A stretch of DNA of 62,097 nucleotides, the filler included, from Stramenopiles sp. TOSAG23-3 (taxonomy: Eukaryota), in the NCBI GenBank assembly GCA_900128585.1. It is 21 parts of 21 records of this genome, joined end to end, with 100 filler letters (N's around TTAATTAATTAA, not from the genome) between each part and the next. Parts side by side here need not be neighbours in the genome. Positions count along the whole stretch, not along the records: positions 38,666 to 41,517 come from LT644556.1; positions 41,618 to 44,466 come from LT644557.1; positions 44,567 to 47,412 come from LT644558.1; positions 47,513 to 50,356 come from LT644559.1; positions 50,457 to 53,296 come from LT644560.1; 16 more parts are not named here. One strand, 5' to 3'. Positions 39,969 through 52,419 of the stretch are shown here, one piece after another. The notes under the pieces were generated by a model that saw only the letters and a list, made by a program, of their open reading frames with translations, was not told the origin of the DNA and did no database searches. How positions within the stretch are numbered: position 1 is the first letter of the stretch; every line of letters starts with the position of its first letter. The translations under genes and the position numbers were made by a program.

Positions 39969-40457
39969 AGCGCAAGCCCGGGAAGCCTGGATCCCTCCAA
40001 TGAAAATATAGGTATATGTGGATTTTAAGTCCGAGAAACTCTCTCTCGAATTTGGTTATTTTTAAAAATGTTCCTGTAACATACGCTATGAAAAAAAAAC
40101 AAATTATATAGTATGTTTTAAGACTCTCATTTTAAATCAATGATACTTCTACGAATTAAGATTACCTTTTTTTTTGTTGGGTGTTGGGTGTGTACCCCGC
40201 CAGCGCGTGCATTACAGAGAGTTGGACTAACATTTAAAATGGACTTTAGCTTAAGATTTACGAAAATTATTTTTTATCCTGCACCCACTGCTTTCGTTGG
40301 GTGCATTCCACGCGTCAGCAAAACCACGAATTACTTTTCTGCAGAAACATTTCTTGCACAAGCTGTACAAAGGAAGTTAAGCTGCCTCCAAAAAATTAAC
40401 AATTTCAAAACGTTATTCGGCCCCCGGCCCACTCCCTCACAGAGACATTCTTAATTC

Positions 40458-40874
40458 TTAGGCGTACACATCATCATTATCGCCGTGAATATCATGGACA
40501 ATTTCATCTACGGTATCAGCAAGGTCTCCTAGGTTTTTTGAGGTCACCTTCAATTGTTGCCCTTGAATCGAGGAATCTCCTCTCATAATAACTATTTGTT
40601 TTTGAAGTTTTGCAATTTCACTGTTTGCTGCTGCTAACTTTCGGTCGAATTCGGCTCGCAACTGTTGGATTTGGGTTTCAAACATACTTTGTAGGTTGTC
40701 CAACATTTCCGTACCAGTACTTTCACTAGTCTCTTCCTTCCTCTTCATATCTTCGATGATAAGATCGTGCTCTCTTACGCGGTTTCGCAGGCTGGCCAAC
40801 TCACTCTTCACACCCGGCCTCCTCCCTTCACCAGGAGCCGCACCGGTAGTAACGGGTCGTGTGGGGTCTTCCAT
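40458..40874 (-). CDS. Small coiled-coil protein
   Basis: 138-aa ATG ORF with heptad pattern. Confidence 0.7.
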   Translation of the reverse strand: MEDPTRPVTTGAAPGEGRRPGVKSELASLRNRVREHDLIIEDMKRKEETSESTGTEMLDNLQSMFETQIQQLRAEFDRKLAAANSEIAKLQKQIVIMRGDSSIQGQQLKVTSKNLGDLADTVDEIVHDIHGDNDDVYA

Positions 40875-42695
40875 TCTAAAAGGTTTCGCTATATTTGGGC
40901 AAAAAATTATATTCTTTCTTTTTCACCAGTAACATACACAATTATAAATCTAGACCTACAATCAAGAATTCTGGTTCTTTCGATGTGTATCACAGTCAAT
41001 TTACATATTCTGTAGTTTTTATCGACGACATGTAAAATTGGAATTGCGCCCCCCCCTCCGCCCCCCGCGCCCTCCTCGATGCCGCCCGGCGGCCGGGGGG
41101 TGTGTTATTATTATTTAATTATTAATTATATTTTTTATTCATCAATCAGTTTTATTAATAATACAAGGACACACCATTCGGACACGATAGGCCGGACTAT
41201 CCTCCGCGTTAAACGGATTAATGGGGCGAAACGGGCGATAAAATTTACTACTATATTTTGATAGGTAAAAATGTTAGGTTAAAAAAAAAGGGGAGGATGA
41301 TGATAAAAATACAACCAATATAAATAAAAAAAGAATACGATCATGTTCTCTATCAATAAAATGTCCTTTTTATTAAAAATAATGATGTCATTTTTTTCCA
41401 TGCTGCACTTCTTCAACCAGTTCAGGCCCGTGCCTTCCCATCCAGATGCTGCTAGCTTGGTCCATTTCCCCAGGCTGGTTTATCCTTTCCCTAATCGTCT
41501 TTAACATCCTTTCCCCGNNNNNNNNNNNNNNNNNNNNNNNNNNNNNNNNNNNNNNNNNNNNTTAATTAATTAANNNNNNNNNNNNNNNNNNNNNNNNNNN
41601 NNNNNNNNNNNNNNNNNCGGTAGAGTTTATAGTATAATATAATAATAATTAGCAGCATAATAGTATTGTAGTAATAAAGGGGCGCGGGGTAAAAAAAGTG
41701 AAAAAAGTAATAAAAAAATAAGTAAAAAAATTATTTATTATTACACATTACACAGTGTATAATAATAATTTTTACAAAATATTATTAATCATCCTTGTTG
41801 TGTCCATGTTGTTCTTGTTGAAATAGAAAAAGTGTGTTGCCAACCAACAACAACAACAGCAAGGTGCTGAGGCTGCTGCTTGGAGAATGGTTTTTCAATT
41901 AATAATATAGACACAGGATCAGTTTTAAAATCAAAATATTCATTTAAATTATTATAATATCCTTCATTATATTTATAATGGGCAAAACAAAAAACGGTCC
42001 AATTCCTTCCACTCTCGCGATTAACGATATAGGTATTTTATGATAGCAAATAAGTACATTGTATTTGTATACAAAAAAATCACCCTTTTCTTTCAACGTC
42101 CATATCAATAATAGGAGAATAGTAAGGGGTTATAACATAGGAATACTACTATTGAGGTCATGGTATTCATGTTGACTACCGGTTACCGGTGTCCGGTGTC
42201 ATTATACCGGTGTCCGGTGTCATTATTGTTAAATACGTCGTCCTATGGCCAATATATTTTCTTCCCTGTATCCTGTATTATACCTGCTGTATCTATAGAG
42301 ACTATTACACAAGAACTCTCCTACTACTAAAAAATAAAAAATAAAAGAAAAAGACGAAGAGGTAGTAGTAGTTCAACAAAATTCAACAATAAATATCAAC
42401 AAATAATAATATAACACAATATTTTAATAATAACGAACGTTCTTTCTTCTTTCCTTTTCTTCTTCCCATATTTTTTTATTAAATTATTATATTGGTAGAT
42501 AGAGAGTATAAAATATAATATATAGTTGTTATATTATCATTATTATATATTTTATTATATACGTTGTTTTGGTAACCAACGCACACATTGAATGAATCCC
42601 ATCTACTGAATTCATTCATATAAATATCAATAGAGAGTGATTTCGTGTAGTCGCATTTGCAATAAAAGACAAAAGGTTGTCGGGGAAAGGGAAGC

Positions 42696-43529
42696 ATGGG
42701 TGAAGTTCAGCAATTGGAAGAGCAATTGGATCAGCTCCGAGAGGAATTGGAGACCATGCAAGATGACTATGAGGACAAGATGGATACGTTAACGACGCAG
42801 TTTGAAGACAAAATAGATGCATTGGAAGATTTGCGAGATCAGAACGACACGGAGATCGATAACCTCAAGGGAGAAATTACCAAGCTGAAGAATGACCATG
42901 CGCTGACGATTAGAGAACTAGAAGAGGCGCATACAAAAGAATTGGAGGATTTGCGGTACGCACTGGCAACAAACGGGGCGGAGTGGATAAAGGAAGTGGA
43001 CGAAGAAGGCAACGAGTTTTATCGTAACTCCATCACTGGAGAAACGCGGTGGGAAGACCCCACGCCCCTAAGTGCTGCGGGAAAAGCGGCGCTTGAAAAG
43101 CTTGAAGAGCTTGAACCAGAACTGAAGAAATTCCAGAAGAAAGCCAAAAAGGCGAAGGTACGGGAGAAAGCCATGGTGAACGAGTTAGACAAGGCAAAAC
43201 GTGTCATAACTGAAAAGGAAAATGAAGGGGAAATCTTGAATTTAAAGTTGCAGGAGAAAGAAGCGAATGAAGGGGTCCTTCTCAACCAACACCAAGTCGA
43301 TTTAGAGCGAAAGCGAGAGGAGAAAGAAACCGCTTTGATGCAGCACGAAGAAACGAGGATGCGACAAGTGGAAGAAGCCCGACAAATAAAACACCGCCTT
43401 GCCAAAGCAAGAAGGGAAGCAAAGGGGATAATAGACGAACTAAAGGACGACATATCGGGCATGTACGAAATGCAAAAGCGTGCTATGGGCTTGGGGGGAA
43501 GAAGAGGCGGGGCGAGGAAAGCAAAATAA
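42696..43529 (+). CDS. Coiled-coil protein with WW domain
   Basis: EWIKEVDEEGNEFYRNSITGETRWEDP (WW) flanked by E/K-rich heptads. Confidence 0.85.
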   Translation: MGEVQQLEEQLDQLREELETMQDDYEDKMDTLTTQFEDKIDALEDLRDQNDTEIDNLKGEITKLKNDHALTIRELEEAHTKELEDLRYALATNGAEWIKEVDEEGNEFYRNSITGETRWEDPTPLSAAGKAALEKLEELEPELKKFQKKAKKAKVREKAMVNELDKAKRVITEKENEGEILNLKLQEKEANEGVLLNQHQVDLERKREEKETALMQHEETRMRQVEEARQIKHRLAKARREAKGIIDELKDDISGMYEMQKRAMGLGGRRGGARKAK

Positions 43530-44200
43530 CGTTTAACAAAATAAAAAGACAGCAGCAACATGCATTCTTCATGGTCTTCTTCGTTTTCTAATTTTTCCGC
43601 ATCAAATAATATTTAGCTGTTCCCCTTTTTGCTCCCCTCGTTTCAATGATATTTACCTGTAAATATGAATTAGTGAGAATTCTGACAAGTTTTCTCATAT
43701 TTCCTTAATTGGTTTAATACCCGGGCCTCTTTGAAGACAGCAGTGAATGACCGAATTAACATCTTCACACCACTGTTAAACCGTATTTTTTCACTCGTGC
43801 TACCGAAACCAGCGTCGGTTTTTGGATTTTTCAATTTTCGTTTTTCCCTTCTCCTAGCTGTCCGGTTTTCGGTGTTACAGAGTGTACTTTTCCTTACAGT
43901 GTTACTTCATTTCAGTGGAAAGATACGTTCCTTAAAAGGAGAGTGTTGCTGGGTTCCTTCGCTATTGTCTTACAAAGCTTCTTCTTCTTTTTTTTAATTA
44001 TTATTATTATGTTCTACCGACGACCGCTGGCCGATGAGTCGTACTACTACTACGAACTACGAAGTAAAGTAGCGACAGAAAAGGGCAAGGTAGCAAGTCG
44101 TCTGAACTTTTCAAGTTGTTATTTCAAATTACGATCCCAAGTATAATATTCTACGATGCAGAGTATCTAATCTATAATTAAATCGTGCGATTTTGAAACT

Positions 44201-44466
44201 ATGAACCGTTTGCTCTACTTATTGGCCCTCTTGTGTGCGTTGCTTGCGGGCTCCAGCGCACGCGAACGCGGTAGTGGTATGGAGCTCCGGGCAAATGCTG
44301 AAAATGGCACGCCTAGCAGTCCCATGGCAGGTGCGCTTCAAAACAAAAAAATGCAAGGGGAAAAGCTTGCGACCTTGGATGCAAAATTAAAGACAGCCGA
44401 CGACAAATTCTCTACAAAGTTGAAGACGATAGAAGAGACAATGGGGCCATTATCTACAAAGCTGAA
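44201..44466 (+). CDS. Secreted protein with signal peptide, 3'-partial
   Basis: MNRLLYLLALLCALLAGSSA signal-like N-terminus. Confidence 0.7.
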
Positions 44467-45364
44467 NNNNNNNNNNNNNNNNNNNNNNNNNNNNNNNNNN
44501 NNNNNNNNNNTTAATTAATTAANNNNNNNNNNNNNNNNNNNNNNNNNNNNNNNNNNNNNNNNNNNNTGATCTAGTTTAATACAAGTGGTTTGGTGGGAAG
44601 AGGAGGAGGAGTTGATTCCCACCTGTTGCTGCTGCTCGTACACCCTAATACTATAATACAACCAACCAGACTGCAACAGAAGAATCCAATAAAAAAATGC
44701 TCAAAACAAAGAACAAAAGAAGAAACTTCTTTCTTTTCCAAAAACTGAAAATATTGTTGTACTTGTAACAATGTCCAATATAAATGCGTAGAGTGAAAAT
44801 AAAAGAGAACTTTTTTTGGTTAAAATAATAAGTTTTTTCGCCATTTTCTTGTTATTCAATGTTATTTTTCGTAACACTAACTCCCTGCTAGTTTTTTAAT
44901 ATAAAAAAGTTCACACACATAACCATACCGTACCTGGTATTAAAAAAAACCAAAATATATAGTATGTTTTAAATAATACCGTACGGTACACACCACTCTG
45001 GCCTCTGGACACAAAATCGGACAAGTACAATATAGTCAGTCGGTCTTCTATTAAATAATATTTGAAAAACATCAACCAACCGTTAGAAAAAAAATCATCA
45101 TAAATAAAAATTTATGTATACTCCTCGTACTACTACATAGTATACAACATATTATACATACAGTATAGTAGTGTCTAAATTTAAATGAAAATATGATGAG
45201 GCCGAAGTATTACTTGTTAATTTTGTTGATATGGATCGTTTTTGATAATTTTGATACTAACAAATCACGATGAAAAGAGGGATTTTGTGCCTTAGTGCAA
45301 CGCTCAGTTTTCCTCTCCAAATTAGCAAGGGTCAATCGTTTGTACTTCGAACCAAGATTGGAAG

Positions 45365-46564
45365 ATGGGCGGCGCGTGTCTTAGTAAACTGCAAGGTCGG
45401 GCAATCGAGCCAAGCAACTCGCTTCGGACGGTCGAGGGCGTTGGAAGGAATCAAACGGAACTTGCACTTCCACGGGATTTTTTTGAGCATTACAACATTT
45501 TTGTAAAAAGGAAAAGCGATTTGAAGAATGCAAACGATGGTAACCATTCTGGCGTCCTGGGGTCTGGCAGTTTTTCCACTGTGTTGAAATGTATTCACAA
45601 GGAAACGGGCGATTTGCGGGCGGTCAAATTTGTGGAAAAGAAGAAAATGCTGGGCCTTCGTCGGCAGAGCCAAAAGGACAAGATTGTTACGGAGGTGCAC
45701 AGGGGCATAAGTTTGTTGCGCAAGATGAACCACCCTGGGATTATAAAACTTTATGATTTCTTTGAGAGCACAAAGGCCATGGCCGTTGTATTAGAATTTG
45801 GAAAGGGGGGTGAGCTGTACCATACGATCGTTCGCTTGGGGCAGCTCACTGAGTTGCAGACGGTGAACATTGCGAAGCAGCTGGTGTCCGCTATAGCGTA
45901 CCTGCACAAGCAGGGTTTTGTCCACCGAGACATCAAGCCGGAAAACATAGTGGTCATGAACGATATGAACCAGTGCAGCGGCGCTGAGGCGGAGGAGTCG
46001 ATAGAGTACAGGGTGAAGTTGATTGACTTTGGGTACTCAAGACATTTTGATAGAAGTGCGAGGATGGTTTCGTTCGTTGGCACGCTCAACTACGTGGCCC
46101 CTGAAATAATTCAACGCATACCATACGACGAAACGGTCGATGTGTGGTCGCTTGGGGTTATCGTGTTTGTCTTGCTGCAAGGTTACTTGCCGTTCAATTT
46201 GACGGAATCGTTCGAATCCAACGATTACTCCCTGTATCTGGACCCCGAAGATTTTCGCCACGTCAGCCTTGCAGGGAAAACTTTCATTTCCAAATGCTTG
46301 AACTTGACTCCAAGCAAACGTCCCAAAGCCGAGCAGCTAACCAAAGCTCCGTGGCTGCAAGAGTCCACGCACAAGGGTCGTAGAGAGTCGCTGCAGCCCT
46401 TGAATTCTCCCACCAAGTTGGGAGCCATGTGCCAAAGCCCCTCAATGGATGCTCAGAAACAACTGCTGCAACTTCCGAATGCCACGGCGGACGAAACAAA
46501 GCACACTGAGGGTTCAACATCAGATCCAAAGAAAGAAATTTTCTCTCCAGGGCAAAAGCATTGA
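45365..46564 (+). CDS. CAMK-group Ser/Thr protein kinase with possible N-terminal acylation motif
   Basis: LGSGSFSTV, AVK, HRDIKPEN, DFG, GTLNYVAPE, DVWSLGV. N-terminus MGGAC. Confidence 0.93.
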   Translation: MGGACLSKLQGRAIEPSNSLRTVEGVGRNQTELALPRDFFEHYNIFVKRKSDLKNANDGNHSGVLGSGSFSTVLKCIHKETGDLRAVKFVEKKKMLGLRRQSQKDKIVTEVHRGISLLRKMNHPGIIKLYDFFESTKAMAVVLEFGKGGELYHTIVRLGQLTELQTVNIAKQLVSAIAYLHKQGFVHRDIKPENIVVMNDMNQCSGAEAEESIEYRVKLIDFGYSRHFDRSARMVSFVGTLNYVAPEIIQRIPYDETVDVWSLGVIVFVLLQGYLPFNLTESFESNDYSLYLDPEDFRHVSLAGKTFISKCLNLTPSKRPKAEQLTKAPWLQESTHKGRRESLQPLNSPTKLGAMCQSPSMDAQKQLLQLPNATADETKHTEGSTSDPKKEIFSPGQKH

Positions 46565-46762
46565 AAAAGTAGAGGGTTTGGGTAAAATCTTCTTTTTCAA
46601 AATTTAAAACAAGAAAATTGGCCTTTTCACTTAGTCTTGACTATAATTTTCATACGTGATGAGTCATTTCAAAATTTCAAAATGAACACACTCCCCTAAT
46701 TTCAGTTTTTTGCTATATAAATAAAAAAATATATTTTCGTAGTTTATAATCATTTTACGTCT

Positions 46763-47412
46763 TTACTCCTCATCGCCTGTTGCATCGTCATCGTCATCGT
46801 TGCCGGTGGCGCCGGAGCTGGCCTCATCTGCCGCCCCCGACTCTCCTTCCTCGTCAGCAGCTCCGGATTCTGACAATTCTTCGTCATCGCCCGCAGCACC
46901 CGATTCGTCGTCATCGTTGGCTCCAGAGGCGTCTTCGTCCGCAGCGCCCGATTCGTCGCCATCGTTGGCTCCAGAGGCGTCTTCGTCCGCATCTCCACTT
47001 TCTGTCAGGTCTTCGTCGTCTTTGTCCTCCTTGCTTGCGCCGGTTGGGGCATTGTCCTTGTCGTCATTGACAGCCTCGTCCTTTTTCTCGTCCTCTGCGC
47101 CGGTTGCGGCCTCGTCCTTTTTCTCGTCCTCTGCGCCGGTTGCAGCAGTGTCAGTGTCGTCTTGCGGAGTGGTGTCCATTAAAGCTTCTTGTTCGTCGCT
47201 TTTTTTTTGCTCTTCCAATTCTTTTGCTTGCTCAGTATCCTCCTCTTTGAACTCTTTCATTTGTTCTTTTTGTTCGGCAGCATCGTCTACAACGGGAGAG
47301 TCAGTCATTTCCTCTGAGGCGCCGGTGGCTTCGGCTGGCTTTTCCTCCTCGCTGTTGTCTTCTACAGCTGGCTTTTCCTCCTCGCTGTTGTCTTCTACAG
47401 CTGGCTTTTCCT
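46763..47412 (-). CDS. Acidic (D/E/A-rich) repetitive protein, 5'-partial
   Basis: Repeats ADEDASGANDxDESGA, ATGAEDEKKDEA and KPAVEDNSEEE. Confidence 0.75.
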
Positions 47413-47512
47413 NNNNNNNNNNNNNNNNNNNNNNNNNNNNNNNNNNNNNNNNNNNNTTAATTAATTAANNNNNNNNNNNNNNNNNNNNNNNNNNNNNNNN
47501 NNNNNNNNNNNN

Positions 47513-48602
47513 CTCCGCGCCCGCATGCTGGACATCGACTGGAAGCGACTTTTGCCGTCGAAGGATTGGATCAAGATCTTGGGGGGGGGGGAAGGAGGTC
47601 ATGATCCACCGGATGGAGGACGTGAAGGACAGCTTTGCAAAGCTGTACGACCCAATATGTGACTGCTTCGAGCACTACGCGATCATCAACCCAAAGGTTA
47701 GCGTGGTGTCCTTCAACACGTTCAAAATGTTCTTGAACGACTTGGGCCTGATTGACCCGTTGAGCAAGTTCATGAACGTGGCGGCGTACGAGAAAGCCTT
47801 CATTATCGCGAACAAGGAGGAGTCGGGCACGCTGGACGAAGAGACAGCCAGCTTGAACAGGGCGAACGACGACCGTTCCCTGATGCGGTTCGAATGGCTT
47901 CACATGCTGGTGCGAATAGCCTACGCAAAGTACGTGCAAACGCTGCGGGAGGTGTCTACGGCGAGGGAGGCGATGGAACTCTTTGTTGAGAAGGACCTGA
48001 TCCCTAACCTGGACCCCGACTCCAGGGACAGCAACGAGTTCCGAAAGGCCTTCTTGTACACTGAGCAGATGGACGTCGCGTTCAACGAGAACATGTACAT
48101 CTTTCAGCCAATCTGGAAACGGTTCAGCACCAAGTCCCGCCACGACGGTCGGATGATCCGCCGAATGACCCTGAAGGATTGGCTCACGGTGTGGACGGCC
48201 CTCACGGTCTTCGATGAGGACTTTGACAAGACCAAGGCCAAGCTGGTCTTTGAGCGCAGCAAAATGAAGGTGGTCGACGACTGGAAGGATGCCGCGCGCG
48301 GTAGGGTGCTCTGCTTTGAGGACTTTTTGGAGGGCATCTCCAGGATCGCTAACATAGTGCCGATTCCCTCGAATGCGGAGATTGAAAAGCTTGGCGTCCC
48401 GAACAAGTCGGCCGGGCTCGCCCTGCGCGCCATGCACAACAACGGGTCCTACCGTCTTTGGAGCATAAACTTTTACAAGGAGAAAGCAATGTACGGGGAT
48501 ATGCGCAAGATGACCGAGAAACTTCAAAAGTTTGCCGACATCATGAACACGAAGTGGGGGATCTCGCACTGGAACCCGGCGAACAGCGGGACGTTGAGTT
48601 GA
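47513..48602 (+). CDS. Conserved hypothetical protein (possibly flagellar-associated), 5'-partial, apparent frameshift at G11
   Basis: SLMRFEWLHMLVRIAYAKY and LCFEDFLEGISRIA motifs. The upstream frame RMLDIDWKRLL joins the main ORF only if the G run at 47581..47591 were G10. Confidence 0.75.
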
Positions 48603-49525
48603 CGGAGAAAACCGTTACGCACAGGGAAGATACCAGGTATAGAAATGCTGAAAATAGCTGGCCTGTTGCAGTCTTTATTGTGGATTATTTTCATAATAAT
48701 GCATTTAGATATATAGAGCATAATTTAAAATATAGTTGGAGATTGGAGATGCTGCTACTCTAATTCCTTCTGTTCCATTAATTAATTACTACTATATTAT
48801 TATTTAAATTGTTATATATAGGCTATATATAGTAGTAGACCTACTACTATACTAAATAAAATATAATTTATTTTTTAAAAAAAATATTTTATAAAATTAC
48901 AATAATAATACAATATAATCCATACATTAAACCATCGTACCAGGTACCTGGTTGGTATTAATATTAATACCTGTACATACCGTACAAAGAGCTAGCTGGT
49001 CAATTGGCAAACAATGGAAGAAAGAATTTACATTGGAGAGGTCTCGGCACGGATTTTTTTTTATTGGCCTGTACTACCTACATACAGGTTAACTGAATAC
49101 CCGAACCTTGATGTAGTACGTAGTTTACAACGATGTCCCAACCGCAGGGATAGGTATTAATAGAACAGTATAGAATTTAGTAGTCAAAAAAAAATAAAAA
49201 AAATAAGAAGAAGAAAGAGAGAAAGAAGAATTTTTTTAAAAATATAATACTGTAATACATAATAAAAAAATATTTTATATATAAAAAATAATATTTATTA
49301 TTTAAGTAGTAGTCTAGACTTTTGTATAATATTTTTTGGTTGAGATTTCTTCTTCTTGACGACTAACATTCGATTATTCCATTCCCCCCGTCGTCCTACC
49401 CGACGGACCATTTAACCTTTCTTCTATTTTTCATTTACACTTCCAAATTGTGAGAAAATTTAACATCCCAATTAACGATACGTTCTATTTGTCCTGTTGG
49501 GTTTGGTCCGTCCACTCCTCTTTTG

Positions 49526-50356
49526 ATGGATTCCCAGGACGTTAACCACCAGGAACCCGTGGTGACGGTAACGGCGGTCGCAGTGACGGGTCGCGACGAG
49601 GCGCCAACTACCGCCACCGTCACCGCCGTTGTCGTCCCAGTTCGCGACAGCCAAGGGTCTGTGCCGGTCTACAACCACTGCGTTCCTTCGGCCCCCCAGG
49701 CGTCTCACACCATGTCTGTCCCAACGATGGACGCTAACGTCCAACATGTAAATATACCAACTGTACAAACAAACCCGCCGCGCTCGCAGCCACCGGCAGC
49801 GGTAGATGGAGTGGCACCGTTGCCCCCAGGAGGGGGCGCAGGCGAGCAAAAACTCGAAGACGTTGACCTCTGCTCGCCGGCGTACATGGAAATAGTCAAG
49901 CGAACCCTCACAGAGGCATCGTCGTTCTGGATGCACCCCATCCTGTACCGAGACACTGCGACGGTAAAGGAGGTAATCGAGTTTTTGAAAGAAAAGAATT
50001 TGTCCCCGGACGACAAAAACCAGAGCCTTTTGATCGTCAAGAAACTTCTCCAGAACGACGTCCTCCATATGCACGGTTCGTGGAACGTCGACGAGGTGAA
50101 CTCGCTCGAGCTCTCGAGGGTCTTGAAAATAGGCCGACGGTTCATCTCCGCGAGCGCAAAAACGCTCTACGAAGAGCAAGAGTCCTTCATTGCGAAGTCC
50201 AAGAGCTGCCCGGAACCTGGCAGCGCGCGCGTGTCCAAGCGCGGGGTGACGAACCCCATCATACTGAACACGGCGAAAACCCTTCACCGAGGGACTTCTG
50301 CAGGCCTGATGGATAGAATCTCGAGGGCGACTCGCAGGATATTTGTCAGCAACCCG
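49526..50356 (+). CDS. Hypothetical protein, 3'-partial
   Basis: GC-rich long ORF with a P/T/V-rich N-terminus. Confidence 0.65.
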
Positions 50357-50504
50357 NNNNNNNNNNNNNNNNNNNNNNNNNNNNNNNNNNNNNNNNNNNN
50401 TTAATTAATTAANNNNNNNNNNNNNNNNNNNNNNNNNNNNNNNNNNNNNNNNNNNNGATACGAGTGTATCTTCTTTCTTTCCATTCTTTTTCACTTCTTT
50501 CTAT

Positions 50505-50897
50505 CTACAGTATTTGTGTGGTCACAATTGCATTTAATTCTATACCAAAATTGTTTTCGCCTAACAAACTTTTCTCCAAATTTATAATTGTCCTCTTCAA
50601 CTCCTCCCGTTCGTTCATCAAACTGCTCACTTCATTTTCTAAACCGTTTATTCTATTTTGATACTGCTCGGCCTCTATTTTCAAAGTGGTACTTAAAGCA
50701 TCGTTTTGCTTCTCTAACGTTTTGATCTCATTTACTAAATCTTCCTTCACACGTTCTTGCGTCTTTTGTTTGTGCTCCAATGTACCGTCTATATACCACT
50801 TCGATAATATATCAAAAGAGGAAGAGTTGGACGTGGAACCATTGCCACAAGCCCCGTCCATGTTTGTCACGGACGTTGGTGATTTTGGGGACGCCAT
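50505..50897 (-). CDS. Possible short coiled-coil ORF or gene fragment
   Basis: 130-aa ORF with heptad character; AT-richer than neighbouring genes. Confidence 0.45.
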   Translation of the reverse strand: MASPKSPTSVTNMDGACGNGSTSNSSSFDILSKWYIDGTLEHKQKTQERVKEDLVNEIKTLEKQNDALSTTLKIEAEQYQNRINGLENEVSSLMNEREELKRTIINLEKSLLGENNFGIELNAIVTTQIL

Positions 50898-51681
50898 TTT
50901 CGGTCAACCTGTACCAAGTGGCCTTTTCGTTCCTATCGACTCAAACCTGTTACCTATGTTTTATGCAGTACAGCTTTTCAGTCCACGAACGTCTCGGAAA
51001 TACTTATCTGCTATTACTTTGATATGTATAAGGTAATAAAGTTGAGTTCAGTTAAGCAAGTCGGTCGGAGATGAAGAAAGAAGAAGACACAACAACAACA
51101 AAAATAATAATAGTAAACTCGCATTACAAAAAATGATGTCGTCCTGCTAACCTGCTAATCCCATCTCATGATTTTAATTTCAACTCACACCAAAAGTCTG
51201 TGGATGTGTTGTCGTCTGTCGGTCAATCAATAATTTTTTTCCTTCTTCTTTTTTTTCGTGTTATTATACTTTATATTTTATAGACTATTGTTGCATTGCG
51301 TTTTCTTTCTTTTACTGCTTGCTGCTTAGCTGGATGGAATAAATATGATTGTTGATGTGGATTTTCGAGTAGTGCGTACCTATATGTTGTTCCCGTTCTT
51401 GAGATAATAATAGGATATAAATTAACTAGACTACGATTTGTTGTAAATAAAAAATGCGTTGTTGTTGTTGTTGTTGTTGTTCTGCTCTTTTTTTTTTTTT
51501 TGAATTGAGAGAAAGAAAATTTATTGGATTCAAATACAACTACAACTAACTGAAATACAAAGGTCAGGTACATGGAAAAAGAAAGGGACGTTTATATATT
51601 TACGGATAGCTCATACCGCAGAGTCGAACGAGAACATTTTTGTGGCACCTGTCTTGTTTTTAATTTGTTGTTCTTGAAGCA

Positions 51682-52419
51682 ATGTCTGCAGTGGCAACCG
51701 ACGCCGCTACCGCGGTTCCGGCCGACGCGATAAAGGTCGTGGTGAAACATGGGAAAGAAACGTACAAAGTGGACGTGTCTCAGAATGCTACCGTTGATGA
51801 GCTGAAAGAGATGCTAGAGAAATTGACTGGCGTGGATAGAAGCATGCAAAAGCTTATGTTTAAAGGTGCGCTTAAGTCTGGGCAGACTCTGCTGCAAGCC
51901 AAGGTGAAAAATAAGTCGAAGCTCAAGTTGATTGGGAGCTCGTTAAAGACTGTCATGGATGCGATGGCGAACCAGTCAAAGCAGCCAGCGGTAAAGATTA
52001 TTGGGTTTGAGGACGAGTTAAAACAGATGAAAGAGGAGGGCGATGCTGGCCCCTGGAAAACGATGAAAGAGCACAAACGAATTCTTGACATGGGCGTGCC
52101 AGAGGGTACGGGGGCGGGAAACAAGGCGCTTAACTTACGACTGCCTGCAACGCCGCTGCTGGTTAGAGGGATGGACGGCCAGCCGTGTAGAATCACTTTT
52201 CGTAACGACATTATGCCGCCGCAGCTTTGGCTGCAGTCAGCAGTTCGAACGAAAAAACTGCCATTAGGAACGGTGAGATCCATCAAAACAGAGGATACGG
52301 ACGAAGACGGGAACTATGTGACGATGGCTTTGCAGATTGGTGCCACCGCGAAATCGAGGATATTTCTGTATTTTGTTCCGAAGCAATACGTCCAGAGCTT
52401 GAAGAACGCGATCTTGTAA
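51682..52419 (+). CDS. UBFD1: Ubiquitin domain-containing protein UBFD1-like
   Basis: N-terminal Ubl (LTGV...MQKLMFKG); C-terminal HKRIL..GVP...LP..PL...RITF...QLW....RT.KLP.G...LQIG.T..S....YFVP.QYV..LK.AIL. Confidence 0.85.
   Translation: MSAVATDAATAVPADAIKVVVKHGKETYKVDVSQNATVDELKEMLEKLTGVDRSMQKLMFKGALKSGQTLLQAKVKNKSKLKLIGSSLKTVMDAMANQSKQPAVKIIGFEDELKQMKEEGDAGPWKTMKEHKRILDMGVPEGTGAGNKALNLRLPATPLLVRGMDGQPCRITFRNDIMPPQLWLQSAVRTKKLPLGTVRSIKTEDTDEDGNYVTMALQIGATAKSRIFLYFVPKQYVQSLKNAIL

Noticed and set aside
41790-42030. Stop-free minus-strand frame of about 80 codons in AT-rich DNA
   Set aside because: No start codon, low complexity, no recognisable motif.
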